Shown here: positions 11,180 to 23,041 of the stretch, piece by piece
Layout: the number at the start of each line of letters is the position of its first letter
How positions within the stretch are numbered: position 1 is the first letter of the stretch
Assembly (NCBI GenBank): GCA_011109175.1
Contig: RDEW01000024.1
Span: forward strand, 303,199 to 367,198
Direction: 5' to 3'
DNA length: 64,000 nucleotides
Source of the DNA: Dicyema japonicum
Lineage: Eukaryota; Animalia; Dicyemida
Notes under the pieces: model-generated
What the model was told of the DNA's origin: nothing
Seen by the model: only the letters and a program-made list of their open reading frames with translations
Databases searched by the model: none
Position numbers and translations under genes: made by a program

Positions 11180-11914
11180 TTTAATTTTTTAATTAGTTAA
11201 AATTTGATTTTTGGAGATTAAATGGATTAATTATTTATTGAATTAGTGATGATTTTATAATTTAGTCACGAGTTTTTGTATAGTTGTCGTTTCTCTGGAT
11301 CCTCTATATTCACAAGTCTCTAAATAATAAAGGTATCCTCAATTCAGTTTAATCTTGTTTTTTAAATAAAAATACTGGATTGTTCGAAAACGGCGAAAAT
11401 CATTTTTACTACGTCAAGTCTTAATTGGGAGAACAAATAACTGATCCTCAGTTGCTTTTCCCCATACGCAATTTTCCTTGAATAAACTGATTTTTGAATT
11501 ACCTTTGTTTTAGTCATTCAGAGTTATCTCACTTTGATATCCCTTAGAAATTTATCTATATATTTTACATTAAATTACAATATCCTCTTTTTTGAAAATT
11601 AAAGGTCATCAATAAAAAAGACAAATGGTTAGTTGAAATATCAACATATTAGTATCTACTTGATTGATCTAACGTTTTAAGAACGTAGAATTAAAAATCC
11701 TGAAAATGGGTCCTTCGTTGTAAGATAATAAAATCTCCTCCAAATTTCCACGACTAAGCTATACAGACTAAAATCTTGATAAAAATTGGAGCTTGATTAA
11801 ATGTATAATTTTTAATGCGAAACTTTTTATTTTCCCTCATTGTCAACAAGTTATCAACGTTTTAATTATATCTTTTACATCATTTAGTTTTCATAAGTAC
11901 GTTTTATTGTGGGT

Positions 11915-12030
11915 GTCTAATGCTTACGTTAGACCGGCTTGGTTTCCCCGATAATCTAGGATTACGAAGAATCATATTAGCTCCAGCTTTTCCCAGGCAA
12001 GAAATGCGCTCTGAAATTATTATTATTATT
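11915..12030 (+). mobile_element. Possible retroposon 3' end: hairpin plus (ATT)n tail
   Basis: 8-bp hairpin gtctaatg/cgttagac, GC-richer stretch, ends in ATTATTATTATTATT. Confidence 0.3.
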
Positions 12031-12435
12031 AAATCAATCCAAAGATTAAAGTCCACAAAGGTCTGGATGAAACAATGAACGGGTATTCATCGACTACTTT
12101 ATTTTGGATGGGGTTTGCTATACGGTAAATGCAGCTGTAGTGGCTCAATGAGCATGAACTATCAACGAAAAAATTCCCATCCTTTAACTTCGCCTAGGAA
12201 TTCACCGTAATACTACTATTGATTATCAATGCATATGCACAGACCACAGTGAGAGTATCCACTAACTCTGAAAAACTTGACAATTCTACCTTCCAAATTT
12301 TAGTCTTACTTTTCCTTGTGAGCTCTTACACAAAGCCTGCGATTCTCATTGACTTTCTTAAAAGAGAACGTAACATATATCTTATGAGGAAACTTTCCTA
12401 CGATTTAATTGGATGCTACGTTACTGCAAAACATA

Positions 12436-12995
12436 CGTATAAAAATGTTGTCTAGTTTTGTCATCATCTGTCTATTAACTTTTCTTTAATTTCGTTCTAA
12501 GATCTCTTACTGCGCCAAAAAATGCTCAAACATGTTTGCATTTTTTACAGCTTTGTTTTTCATCTTTCTAGCGTAAACGTTTCTTATAATTTAATTCGAA
12601 TGCCATAATTTTGTGAGGTAATGTTTCTTATATATTTTCGCCTGCGGGGATCACACAGCAAATCATTAATGTTAGTGAATTCCCTCCCAATATTCGGAGT
12701 CGAATGACTTTAGTGTGAAGAGATCATTTGTCATGTGTGAAATAGAGATAATAATTCAAGAAACACGTCTCCAGCTTAACCAACTTAAGGTTTAAATGAC
12801 GAAACTTTCAAAATTCTAATACTCTTTAAGTTTCTATGTGGCACGTTGACTATTATTTTCTCGGAAAGCTCATTAATTACGATTCCAAGTACTAGAACGA
12901 CACTATTTATGTGGATTGATTATATTAGTAGAAGTCTATTGTTTCCTGTATTATTTACTCGTTCTGATCCTGCCAAGTGACAAAATTCATTTTTC
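12436..12995 (-). pseudogene. Kinesin motor-domain C-terminal fragment (kinesin-4-like), inverted copy of 19215-19775
   Basis: (D)LAGSER with a frameshift, INS..LVLG.VINEL, LGGNSLTLMICCVIPA, ARK.KNKAVKN; stops and frameshifts. Confidence 0.85.
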
Positions 12996-14184
12996 TGTCT
13001 TATGTTTATGTTTTTATATGTTTTTATAAATAGTAATATTGTATTGAAATACAATTTTTTTAAAAACATGTTCTTTCTGCTACCTCTCCAAGTTGGCAAT
13101 AAATCACCTTTAGAATGGTCTGAATCAATACAATGTTCTTCTGAAATTCCAAGACTGGTCGATCTATGGGAGTAACCGGTATTGTTGCGTCCTACTTAAT
13201 ATCCCCGAACATCTAAAGTCTTTGAGCTGGCGTTACTTAACTAACTATATGAGCGAAATAAAATCTCACATAACCAAATTTTTTCTGAAAATCACAAATT
13301 ACTTTAGTGTATAATTTATATAGAAACGAAAAATGTTTTTTTTAATTTGTTAATTCTTGTACTTTTTTGATAGGACTGTTGCATGAATCATAATCATCTT
13401 TGTTTTGTCACGATCTTATTGGAATTCGAAGAAAATTTAAATTTGCAGAATACTAAAAGATCTACGAACGGATGCACATAGAAAAGACGAGGTAGACGCC
13501 TAGTAAAAAAATGTGTGGCAAAAATGGTACCTTGTTTGTTTAACTTCCCAAGCCCGCGGTAAAACCAAACAAATTATCACGTGATCCTGATGCAGTCTAA
13601 CAGCGACCTTATTTTCACCCGGTGTTCTTTTCTCGTGCACGCGCATGAACTTACAGGAAGGCTGACTGAGCCACATTCCCGTCATCTGGAATATAGTATC
13701 ATAAGGTCCTCCAGAAACGTAGGTCCAGTTCGGTGATATTCACAATCCAACGCTCCGTTACTCTGTAAGTCCTCTTTTGGATTTCCTCATTTTTTCTCAT
13801 ATTTATCCAAGATACGGTACTCACTAAGCGCATGGAAATGAGAAACATGGCTCAATGTACTGTTTGTGAACGTTCATCATGAACGGTGAGTACCAATCTT
13901 CCATATTCTCTATAAAATTTACAATACGTTCTGTTTCTTCTCGCATTTCAAAGAATATTTTCAACGTGTGGTGTCAAACATAACGATTGTCACCTAAAAA
14001 ATTCATATTTGAATTATGTATAATAAAATTTGAATTGCTTTTAATTAAGTATTTTTTTAATGTTTTAATTTCAAAAATAAAAAGAGAATTTATACATAAA
14101 AATTACAAGTCAGATTAGATAGAGTTCGAACATCGTATTCTGTCAATAAAATAACTTTATAATACATGGAACCAACTGATGCTC

Positions 14185-14320
14185 TATTTCACCCTAATCC
14201 ATTCTCTAATTGACCCTAACTTAAATATAATTCAAACTATCCCTTCTATAAATCACTCTAATCCATTCTCTAATACACCCTAACTCCTTCTCAAATACCC
14301 CCTAATCCATTCTTTAATTC
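14185..14320. repeat. Degenerate ~22-23-bp repeat (CACCCTAATCCATTCTCTAAT)
   Basis: 4-5 imperfect copies, most containing CCCTAA. Confidence 0.65.
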
Positions 14321-14539
14321 AAAATTTCGTTTTCCTCCAAAAAATAGCCTGTAGCCATTTGTTTCGGAATGATAAGAATGACTTATCACTCCTGACTTGA
14401 TGCTATAAGACAATAAATACAACTTTCTTGGTTTCATAACGTTCTTTTGTTCATTTAAAGTTCTTTTGTGACATCCTCTTGTCACTGGATAGGATATCGG
14501 GAAAATTAGCTGAATTGCTTCTAAACATCCACTTTGACG

Positions 14540-15110
14540 TGCCTAGTTGGAATTAATGCAAGTTTCATGCACGCCTCGGAGGCACGGGTCTCAGGTCGGC
14601 GCTGGAGATCACCTTTCCAGTATATGTGTCATCGCTCTCAAGTGGAAGTCTTTTGGTGCAAAAAATCCTACGCTTTCCAATTGGACTTTCTTGGGAAAAA
14701 GTCTTTGACGAAGCTCGTCGTGAATGACGGAAACTGGTTTGGATATGCCAAACAATCCTTTGAGCCAACGAAAATGGGATGAGATCTACTCCAAGAATAT
14801 CATCGACGTGCTAAAGTGTGATGCCAACAAGCATCGTTTTGCATACCTCGTATCTGCCGCCAACCATGGGAGCAGAGCGTGGCTGGATGCATTCCCATGT
14901 TCCCTCCTGGGGACCCATTTGGACGATGACTTTATTCGGAATGGGATCGCACAACTCCTGTGAGTTTATGTTTGCATCGAACACCAATGTCGTTGTGGTA
15001 AGATCGTCGATGTCAAAAGGATGCATCTGCTTTCGTGCAAAAGGAGTTCGGACAGAGCATCCCACTACACTTCTATGAACAACATTGTCATGCGTGCTCT
15101 TGAAGGAGGG
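14540..15110 (+). mobile_element. CRE-clade non-LTR retrotransposon 3' fragment
   Basis: RLGGTGLR, AWLDAFPCSLLGTHLDD, and zinc motif CRCG..VD...HLLSC...HYTSMNNIVMRAL. Confidence 0.8.
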
Positions 15111-15149
15111 ATCAGCAAGGAGTGTAAAAGAAACCTGTTGTGTTCGGAT

Positions 15150-17055
15150 CTGGGGAGATTTGGTGGAGACGTGAGATCCCTACAAGAGAAAAAAGTACAG
15201 GCTGGAATGAACGAGCTAGATGGAGACTATAGACTAATTTTACTATCAACGTCATCAAGACACTATAGACAGGGATTTGCCGTGCACATGAAATTTGTTC
15301 GTGGGATCCGTCGGAGATGGAATGTTCAAATACGAGTTGGGGTCAAACGCACGTCAAGAGCCCTTATATCTCAATTATAAATGTTTATGCACCTTACAGT
15401 GGACGGGCCAAAGATTCGACGAACTGGAATCGTCTTTTCTAGTCTTCATTTCCGGAGATCGGAATGCTAATGCAGGAGTACGTCATGAACATGAGTCGAC
15501 CATCGGAAGACACGGAAGATGGATCAGGAACCTGCGGGGGGCTTTGATGATAAATTTCTGCCGGGAATTTGGTCTACTTTTTGTGTAACACTGCGTTTGC
15601 GCAAGCTGCACGATATAAGACTACCTGGTCGAGCTTCAGAAGAAATGAATATGGGAGTTATGTGATGATTTACAATCAGATTGATTACATTCTTTACCGA
15701 CAGAAAGATAGTACACTATTACAGGACTCGATGTAATACGGAGGTGCCGTCGTAGAAATTAACCACAAGATCGTCGTAACCCTGTTTGACATTACAAGTC
15801 GCATTGCACGCACTTCAGGAACAAAGCCATCTCAGGTTATACGGAAAGGATACCTAGTTAAGAGATTATGTTTTTCACACTTCACTCGAAAAATCCATCG
15901 ATAATCTATGGAACATAATCAAAAAGCATACAGGTATTCCACCGGGAGTCACTTGGATGCATACAATGGAAAGAATTCACATGGCTGCAGACGAACACAT
16001 TGGTAAGCGGCCGCACAAGGTACGGATAACATAGATGCTGAATACTGAAGTACGGCCCAAAAATCTTGATGGAAATCGTGACCAAAGTATAAAACGAAAT
16101 GTTTGCAACTAACGACCTTCTTCCGTTGGGGAAATGAATTCTGGTGCCGATTCAAAAACCAAATAAGAGGGCGGGCACTGTGTTAAACATGACCAAGTCA
16201 TCCTTCTCAATTTGCTAAGAAAAGTCCTTGCTCTAGTGGTGCTAGATCGTGTGCAAGAGCCTGTGAATGAATTCCTGTCATCGAGCCACAGTGGATTCAG
16301 GACAGACAGATCTACCACTGATTAGGTTTGGGGCCATTGGTAGCGTTGTGCCACTTACCAAAGATTTGAGAGTGCGACTACAATTTTGGTTATCGACATG
16401 TCAAGAGCTTTTAAACACAATTCGGCGAGGAAAGCTTATTGATGTTTCTCGAGGATTCCTTAATAGGGATTGTCGAACACAAAACTTATGGTACGAGTTG
16501 GGAGTACGTATTCCAGAAATTTGTCGACGACTGTGGGTACCCCAGGGTGACTCTCTTTCCACTTTGCTTGTGTGGTCACCTGGAGGCAGCACTGCGTGGT
16601 CTTAGAAGTTTTTATAATGGCCAAATTACCTAAATTATATACGCTGATGATGTGGATTTCGAATCGGAAAATAAAGCAGCTTTGAGGCGGATACTTGACG
16701 TTGCCCCTGCAGAGCTTGGGAAATGGTTTCTTACGGTGAATACTAAAACAGAAAACTGTGAATACTAAAACAGAAATTGTGGAATTCGTACGTACGAGAT
16801 CAAGAATTGAAGAAGAATGGGGACGTTCCAGAAAACTCGGGGACAGTGAGAACATCACCTGGAGGATAGTACTATCGACGGTCGCACTGAATAGGATGAA
16901 GACAGATTGGTTGGCTAACAGACCGGTAACGCTCGCGATTCGTTTGCGCCTCTAATGCTTTCGTGAAGCCGGTCCTGCTATATAACTCTTCCTGCTGGGG
17001 GACCTCGTTCTCAGAAACCAAAAATCTTAACTCCTTTCACCGAAGGCAATTGATC
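15150..17055 (+). mobile_element. Decayed RTE-like LINE (APE plus RT)
   Basis: HYRQGFAV, INVYAP, GDxNA, NQIDYIL, SGFRTDRSTTD, DMSRAF, VPQGDSLS, YADDVDF and AFVKPVLLYN motifs in order. Confidence 0.9.
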
Positions 17056-17118
17056 AATTCGGATCTGATTATTATAAGTTGGAATATAATGGAATATGCT
17101 ATCGTATTTTACTTTCAG

Positions 17119-17900
17119 ATTTAAATTATTACAAAGCCAAACAATTTTGTGGAATTATAGGAGGGGAAATTGTAATCTTTAATATCATTTCAGGCAATAA
17201 TTTATTCGAATGAAATTTCAAACCTTTTCAGTGAATTGTTAATAGAATGGTTGTTTCCATCTTATTTTCTTTTTTTATAGCTGGTTATTACGAAAATAAT
17301 AAATGGATGCACAATGGTAGACATTTAAAATTTAAACTTTTAAGGAGATGTTTTGGAATACAAGAATTTTGGATCAAATAAACGCCATCCATTTGGATAT
17401 TGTATTTGTCTATATGGAGTATGTTTTAAAGAATGGACTTTTGTAATTGTAAATTCGATGCACGATCTAATGGATTTATGTGCCAGGCAGGTTTTTAGTA
17501 CATTGATATAGCTATACCTACTGAAAAAACTAGTGAACCCACTCTTAATAATTTGACAACAACTAGCATGAATACTCAGACCCCACTGTACAATTCGTCA
17601 ACGAATTCTAACTATATTAAAAATAACTCCGGATCGACCACACCGAGTAATTTAACAATGACTACCTTAAAATCTACTATTATGGAAGTGTCCATAAATT
17701 CGACTTCATATTTATAAAATTCTTCAAGTACGGAAAAACGAAAGTCAGAATCAGAATGTCTAAAAGGTGTATCTAATTATTAAATTTTCAGGAATCATTA
17801 CTGGATTTCTATGAGGAGCTTGGGATTATGTCGCCATTTCGATGTATTTTTTATTTAACACAGTTTAGAAAATACAAATTATATTCCGAAACTGATAGAT
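17119..17900 (+). pseudogene. C-type lectin domain, S/T-rich stalk and TM-like segment; pseudogene with micro-introns
   Basis: LNYYKAKQFCGIIGGEI|AIIYSNE (22-nt intron 17172-17193), W.HNG|DVLEYKNF, YCICL..W..C.C......FMCQ, T/S/N-rich stalk and GIITGFL*GALG. Frameshifts and stops; 5' end abuts the RTE. Confidence 0.72.
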
Positions 17901-18039
17901 TATATAAAATTTACAGTTGTCAATAAACTTTAGTTTAAAAACTTACTAGTTATTTTGGGTTTAAGGGTTGTATTGGTTCCTTAAATATAAGCGAAATATT
18001 GTTACAATAAAAGGACGAGTCTGTAAGTGATTATTTTCT

Positions 18040-18734
18040 TAGGATACCGTATAACAGCTCAGTTTGCTTTGTTTGCAGCTTTGTTAGTTTTTGCAGTATA
18101 CTTTATACCCTTACCTCCAACTAAATTCAGTTTTGATTCACGGGGTCACTGTCTAAGCCCGAATATGTCACAAAAATTCCATTATTACCAAACATGGCCA
18201 TTTTATGCTAAAAAGTAAAAAGACGAGTACATTCTCAAAACAAGACACCATATCTCATTTTCAGTGTAAATATCAGCAATCTTCACAACGCTCTGATTTT
18301 ATATTTGCCATATCCAGTTTTCAGCGCAATTATATGATGGATCATGACAGATGTAAATATCTCTTCTTCATCAGGTCTTTCTCCTAAGAGATTAAAAATT
18401 TTTAAATACCAAGCTCGTGAATTTTGCCATGAACAGTTTTATCGTTGTCGATTGAATGTAGATTTTGGTTTGGTCGTAGTTTTAGAGTGACGTTGAAGGA
18501 TGACTGGATTACATTTACGCTTTTGATAAGTCTCAACCTGCCTGTGGTCATTTGCATAAAGATATACCATGCGCCACTATGTATGGTTTTTGTGGTGCCT
18601 TTTCGAATCTGTTTCAAGTTTTTGCTGTATTTTTTGTTAACTATCGATAGGTCTATTTACTTATATTTTAATTATTACTTGTCTCCTTTTAATCTTAATG
18701 TTTTTCGTCATCACAGATCAAACAAATCATCCAT
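18040..18734 (-). pseudogene. Decayed host gene of unknown family with micro-introns
   Basis: Two 26-nt GT-AG introns (18653-18678, 18384-18409). The second joins HGKIHEL to GERPDEEEIFTSV in frame. Stops elsewhere. Confidence 0.35.
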
Positions 18735-18913
18735 TTGAATATTTAAAATAATTATTTTTAAATTATTTTTAAAATTATTTCAAACTCTCTTTTCTTTGTT
18801 GTTTTAGCAAATATTTAAAAGTAACTTTTAAATAAAATTTGTTTGAAAGTAAAATTTCTTTCATTGATAAATTAAAACAAAGATATTAAAAATTTATTTA
18901 GGAAAGAAAAGTT

Positions 18914-19061
18914 AGCAAATGGTCAAATAGCGGATGCCCAGACTGCGTGACTATTCCCTCTCAGGATGACGAGCGAGATTCGCTCAAACAAACCAGCAGC
19001 GCTCTTGAAGGTCTCCTGATCGTGTAGAAATTCGATTCTCTAGATGACTCAAGATTCCAGC
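18914..19061 (+). repeat. Dispersed structured repeat (other copies 41841-41919 -, 54820-54963 +, 58875-58998 -)
   Basis: Shared core ctgactgcgtggctattccctcag...gagcga-gat-tcgctcaaataaccagcagcg...gtgtagaa.tcgattc.ctaga. Confidence 0.85.
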
Positions 19062-19214
19062 ATCAATTAATTTAGTGATATATAGTTTACACTTAAACTT
19101 TAAAAATACAAAATAATTTAAAAAATAGAAAAATAATAAAATTGATTTATTATTTCCGCTTTACATAAATGGACTGTTTTGGAGGTAGAGACTGCGACAT
19201 ACAATATTTTGTCC

Positions 19215-19775
19215 TAAAAATGAATTTTGTTGACTTGGCAGGATCAGAACGAGTAAATAATACAGGAAACAATAGACTTCTACTAATAGAATCAATCCAC
19301 ATAAATAGTGTCCTTCTAGTACTTGGAAGCGTAATTAATGAGCTCTCCGAACAATAAATAGTCAACGTGCCATATAGAGATTTAAAGAGTATTAGAATAT
19401 TGAAAGTTTCGTCATTTAAACCTTAAGTTGGTTAAGCTGGTGACGTGTTTCTTGAATTATTATCTCTATTTTACACATGACGAATGATCTCTTCACACTA
19501 GAGTCATTCGACTCCGAATATTTGAAGTGAATTCACTAACAATAATGATTTGCTGCGTGATCCCCGCAGACGAAAATATATAAAAAACATTAACTTACAA
19601 AATTATGGCCTTCGGGTTAAATTATAAGAAAAGTTTACGCTAGAAAGATAAAAAACAAAGCTGTAAAAAATGCAGACATATTTGAGCATTTTTTGGCGCA
19701 GTAAGAGATCTTAGAACGAAATTAAAGAAAAGTTAATAGACAGATGATGACAAAATCAGACAACATTTTTATACG
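19215..19775 (+). pseudogene. Kinesin motor-domain C-terminal fragment (kinesin-4-like)
   Basis: KMNFVDLAGSER...INSVLLVLGSVINELSEQ*IVNVPYRDLK, NSLTIMICCVIPADENI*, ARKIKNKAVKN; no P-loop half present. Confidence 0.88.
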
Positions 19776-20109
19776 TTTGTGAAAGAACTTACTTAGACTA
19801 AAAATCACAAAAATATGTAGATTCTTGCATGCCTTTTCGCTTGCTATAGTAAGGTTGTCTTTATCATTATCATCTTCATTATAAACAATGTGCTCACATG
19901 ACTGGAATTTTCTGGTAGGTTGAACTCATAAAAATTAAAAAAAATCTATCTCATGTTTTTATAAATAGTAATGATGTATTGAAATACAATTTTTACAAAC
20001 ATTGACGTATCTTCAAAATCGCCATTTTAGGAAATATATTTATAAATATTTATTATAACTTTAATTTTAACCAAATAATATTTAGTTGTTGAGTATTTAA
20101 AAAAATAGA

Positions 20110-20841
20110 ATGTTACCAGGTTTTTCCCTGTTACTGTTTTTTGGGGGGCGGGGCAGTAAGCTCATTTTTTAATTTAATTTTTTAATATAACTTAAATAAA
20201 TATATTTTATTTCACTAGAAAAAGATTCAAAATCTTGTGGTGTGGTCATGTTTGTTTCAGCTAATGTTTGTGAAGCAAGTTCCAAGGACCTATCTACGAA
20301 AATTATTGATGAAAAAACCAATAAGAACGTAGAGAAAGTGGTCCTATGGATCCATGAAACCCAGGAAATTATTAATGAATCTCCTCCGGATGCACAACCT
20401 GATCTCTCTTCCAAACTACTATATCTCCTGGCAATTGCTAACCAAGTAAAGCAGGGAGATAAAGTTGAGTGGATCAATGAAGTAGTCCAATTTGCTCATA
20501 GAAGGTTTGATAGAATTCCCCGTGGTGGATGGCCAATTATAACCAAAGCTTCTAATAATAAATTTTCATGCAATAAATTAGTTTCAAATTCAAAAATAAG
20601 AAAGAAGAGCAGATTTTTTATAGATAAAATTTTCCTAAACCCTTCAACCGAAATTTCCAACATTACAAGATGCTATAACGAATTTTCTCTACAAATTGGG
20701 AAAATTAAATTGATTCCTCGTGATTTACGGAAACCAACTAAGAAAATCACTCACCAGCTCTTTAAAAAGGATCTTTTAGGAGGAATTAATTCAGCGATCT
20801 ATGAATATATGAAATCTAATCCTCCTGTAAATTCATATTGA
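20110..20841 (+). CDS. Putative spliced gene of unknown function
   Basis: Exon 20110-20155 (MLPGFSLLLFFGGRG) and GTAAG..CTAG intron 20156-20218 join in frame to a >200-codon open frame in AT-rich DNA; no recognisable domain. Confidence 0.45.
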
Positions 20842-20907
20842 GTTGAAACTGATTGAATTGAAGAAGAGAATGGTACAAATCCAAACAATTGGAGAGCAGA
20901 AATCAAA

Positions 20908-21170
20908 CCAAAGTAATGACGAAGAAACCAGAAAAATGCTGTGTGGATATGTATTTCGAAAATCAAAAAAGGGAGAAATTGGAAGAATTTCATCTTGTAT
21001 CCAAGATGTAATCAAAGTCTTAGAAACTAAAAATTCATCCAAAGTTATGACTAAGAAACCAGAAAAATGCTGTGTGGATATGTATTTCGAAAATCAAAAA
21101 AGGGAGAAATTGGAAGAATTTCATCTTGTATCCAAGATGTAATCAAAGTCTTAGAAACTAAAAATTCATC
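20908..21170. repeat. 131-bp direct tandem duplication
   Basis: 20922-21039 repeated at 21053-21170. Confidence 0.95.
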
Positions 21171-21282
21171 AGTCAAGAAACGAATTTGTCGTCTGACAAA
21201 AACACGTTGTGTCGTCTGTTCTCGTTGTGTTGCTAAAAAAAGAGGATAAGAAAAGAATAAGAAAGGAAAATCAGAAAAGAAC

Positions 21283-23041
21283 ATGCAGAAAACTGTAAAA
21301 GAATATGAGATCTGCACAAAGTGCAACATAATGAACAAAAGAAAGCGGATGATCCATTGCACAGCATGTTCGTATGGCTTCCACATGTCCTGTGCCGGAA
21401 TGACTAAAAGAGCCCTGGCTGCCATTTCCGATTGGCACTGTCGATCTTGTCTCCTACCAGATAATACGACAAACTCTTCCCTACGCTACCCTTCTGAACA
21501 TGTTCCACTAGACCATCAGGAAATACTTGAATTGATCTCCAACCTGACACACACACGAAGACTCCTGATTAGGATCCCCAAAGCTGCCCGTATATCTGTC
21601 GCGGACTGCCTATGTGAGTGTATTGAAAGGGCAGTTTCTTCGGACGACTCTGATGATTGGGTACGATTATTTTGCTTTGCTCCATTCACACTATGCATAC
21701 CCCATAGGAGGGGGATAGAGGAGAAATCACTTACGTCATTAGTAAAGGAAAATGTCCACACATTCTTCTCAAAAAACCTATTGGCACTCAGAAAAGCTCA
21801 TCTACAAATTTCAAAACCATGAGAAGCCAACATCGACTATCTCGGACACTCAGAGATTAAGAAGCGCGATCCGTCGAAAACTTTCGGAAGGTGGTATCCG
21901 TGCTGCGGTGAGGATCCTTGCAGATCAACAATGTATAATTGAGCCGTCCGAACAGTCCTACGCATCACTTGTTGAGCGACACCCAAGTCTTCCCAACGAC
22001 CACCGGGTTCCCCCTTGCCCAGGACAATTACCCAATCTGCTTGTCTCTGAAGAGGACGTAAAAGATGGTATCCTCTCTTTCGTCCCGAGTAGCAGTGGGG
22101 GACTAGATGGGCTCCGTCCGGGTCACATCAAAGATCTCATTGCTCATAACACGGGCAACTCTGGGGTCCGGCTCGTGTTGGCTATCACCAAACTAATGAA
22201 CAGGATGCTATCAGGGACACTACCAGAAACAATTCGACACGTAATGTTTTCTGCAAAGTTAATCGCATTCGACAAGAAGGGAGGTGGAATACGCCCTATT
22301 GCAGTCGGAATGGTCTTCCGTCGGTTGGCATCAAAGCTTGTATGCAGAGCAATCCTACCTACGCTGAAAACACAGCTGCAACCAACCCAAATAGGGGTCG
22401 GCACACCGGGGGGTTGTGAAGCGGCAGTTCATGCTGTCCGAACATTCACCGAAAAGAACGTAAACATTCCTCACGTAATCGTCAAAATTGACATTAAAAA
22501 TGCCTTCAACTCGATACGACGTGATACAATTCTACAGGATTGCTTCACATACTACCCATCAGTGTACAGCTATATTCATAGCTCGTACGGAAAACCATCC
22601 AGTTTGATACACGGCCAATATTACATTCCATCGTCTTCTGAAATCCAAAAAGGAGACCTATTGGGGTTTGCCTTGATCAGCCTGGGAATTGCCCGTATCG
22701 CAGGATATTGTTCCACTTCTCTGAGAGTATGGTATTTGGATGATTGCACCATGGGCGGCCATCCGAAGGATGTACTAGATTGTTTGAAAAGTCTGATAGT
22801 ACAATTGGAATCCCTATGCCTAACTCTAAACACTAATAAGTGTGAAGTTACCAATTTTGGAGTTCCGCAGCCTGAATGGGATCTGATCCTTGGTATGTTC
22901 AGAAAGATCATTCCGAAAGCCACAGAAACCAAATCAGAACAATTGGAAATACTTGGATGCCCTCTTATTGATGCTGAAATCAGTAACACTCTAAGAACAA
23001 AAGAACATCAACTAAACTCACATGAAATCAATATTTGGTAA
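21283..23041 (+). mobile_element. CRE-clade non-LTR retrotransposon: PHD finger plus RT, one frameshift, 3'-truncated
   Basis: C4HC3 PHD (CTKC..CTAC..HMSC..WHCRSC), LIRIPKAARISVA, KLSEGGIRAAVRIL, SSGGLDGLRPGH, GGIRPIAVG..RRL, QIGVGTPGGCEA, KIDIKNAFNS and YLDD. Frameshift at ~21780-21820; no RLE domain follows. Confidence 0.92.

Noticed and set aside
20827-20842. 16-nt intron that would fuse ORFs 20242 and 20843
   Set aside because: It is shorter than any supported intron here and has a GAG acceptor. A 37-nt alternative or a simple frameshift is equally possible, so it is not asserted.
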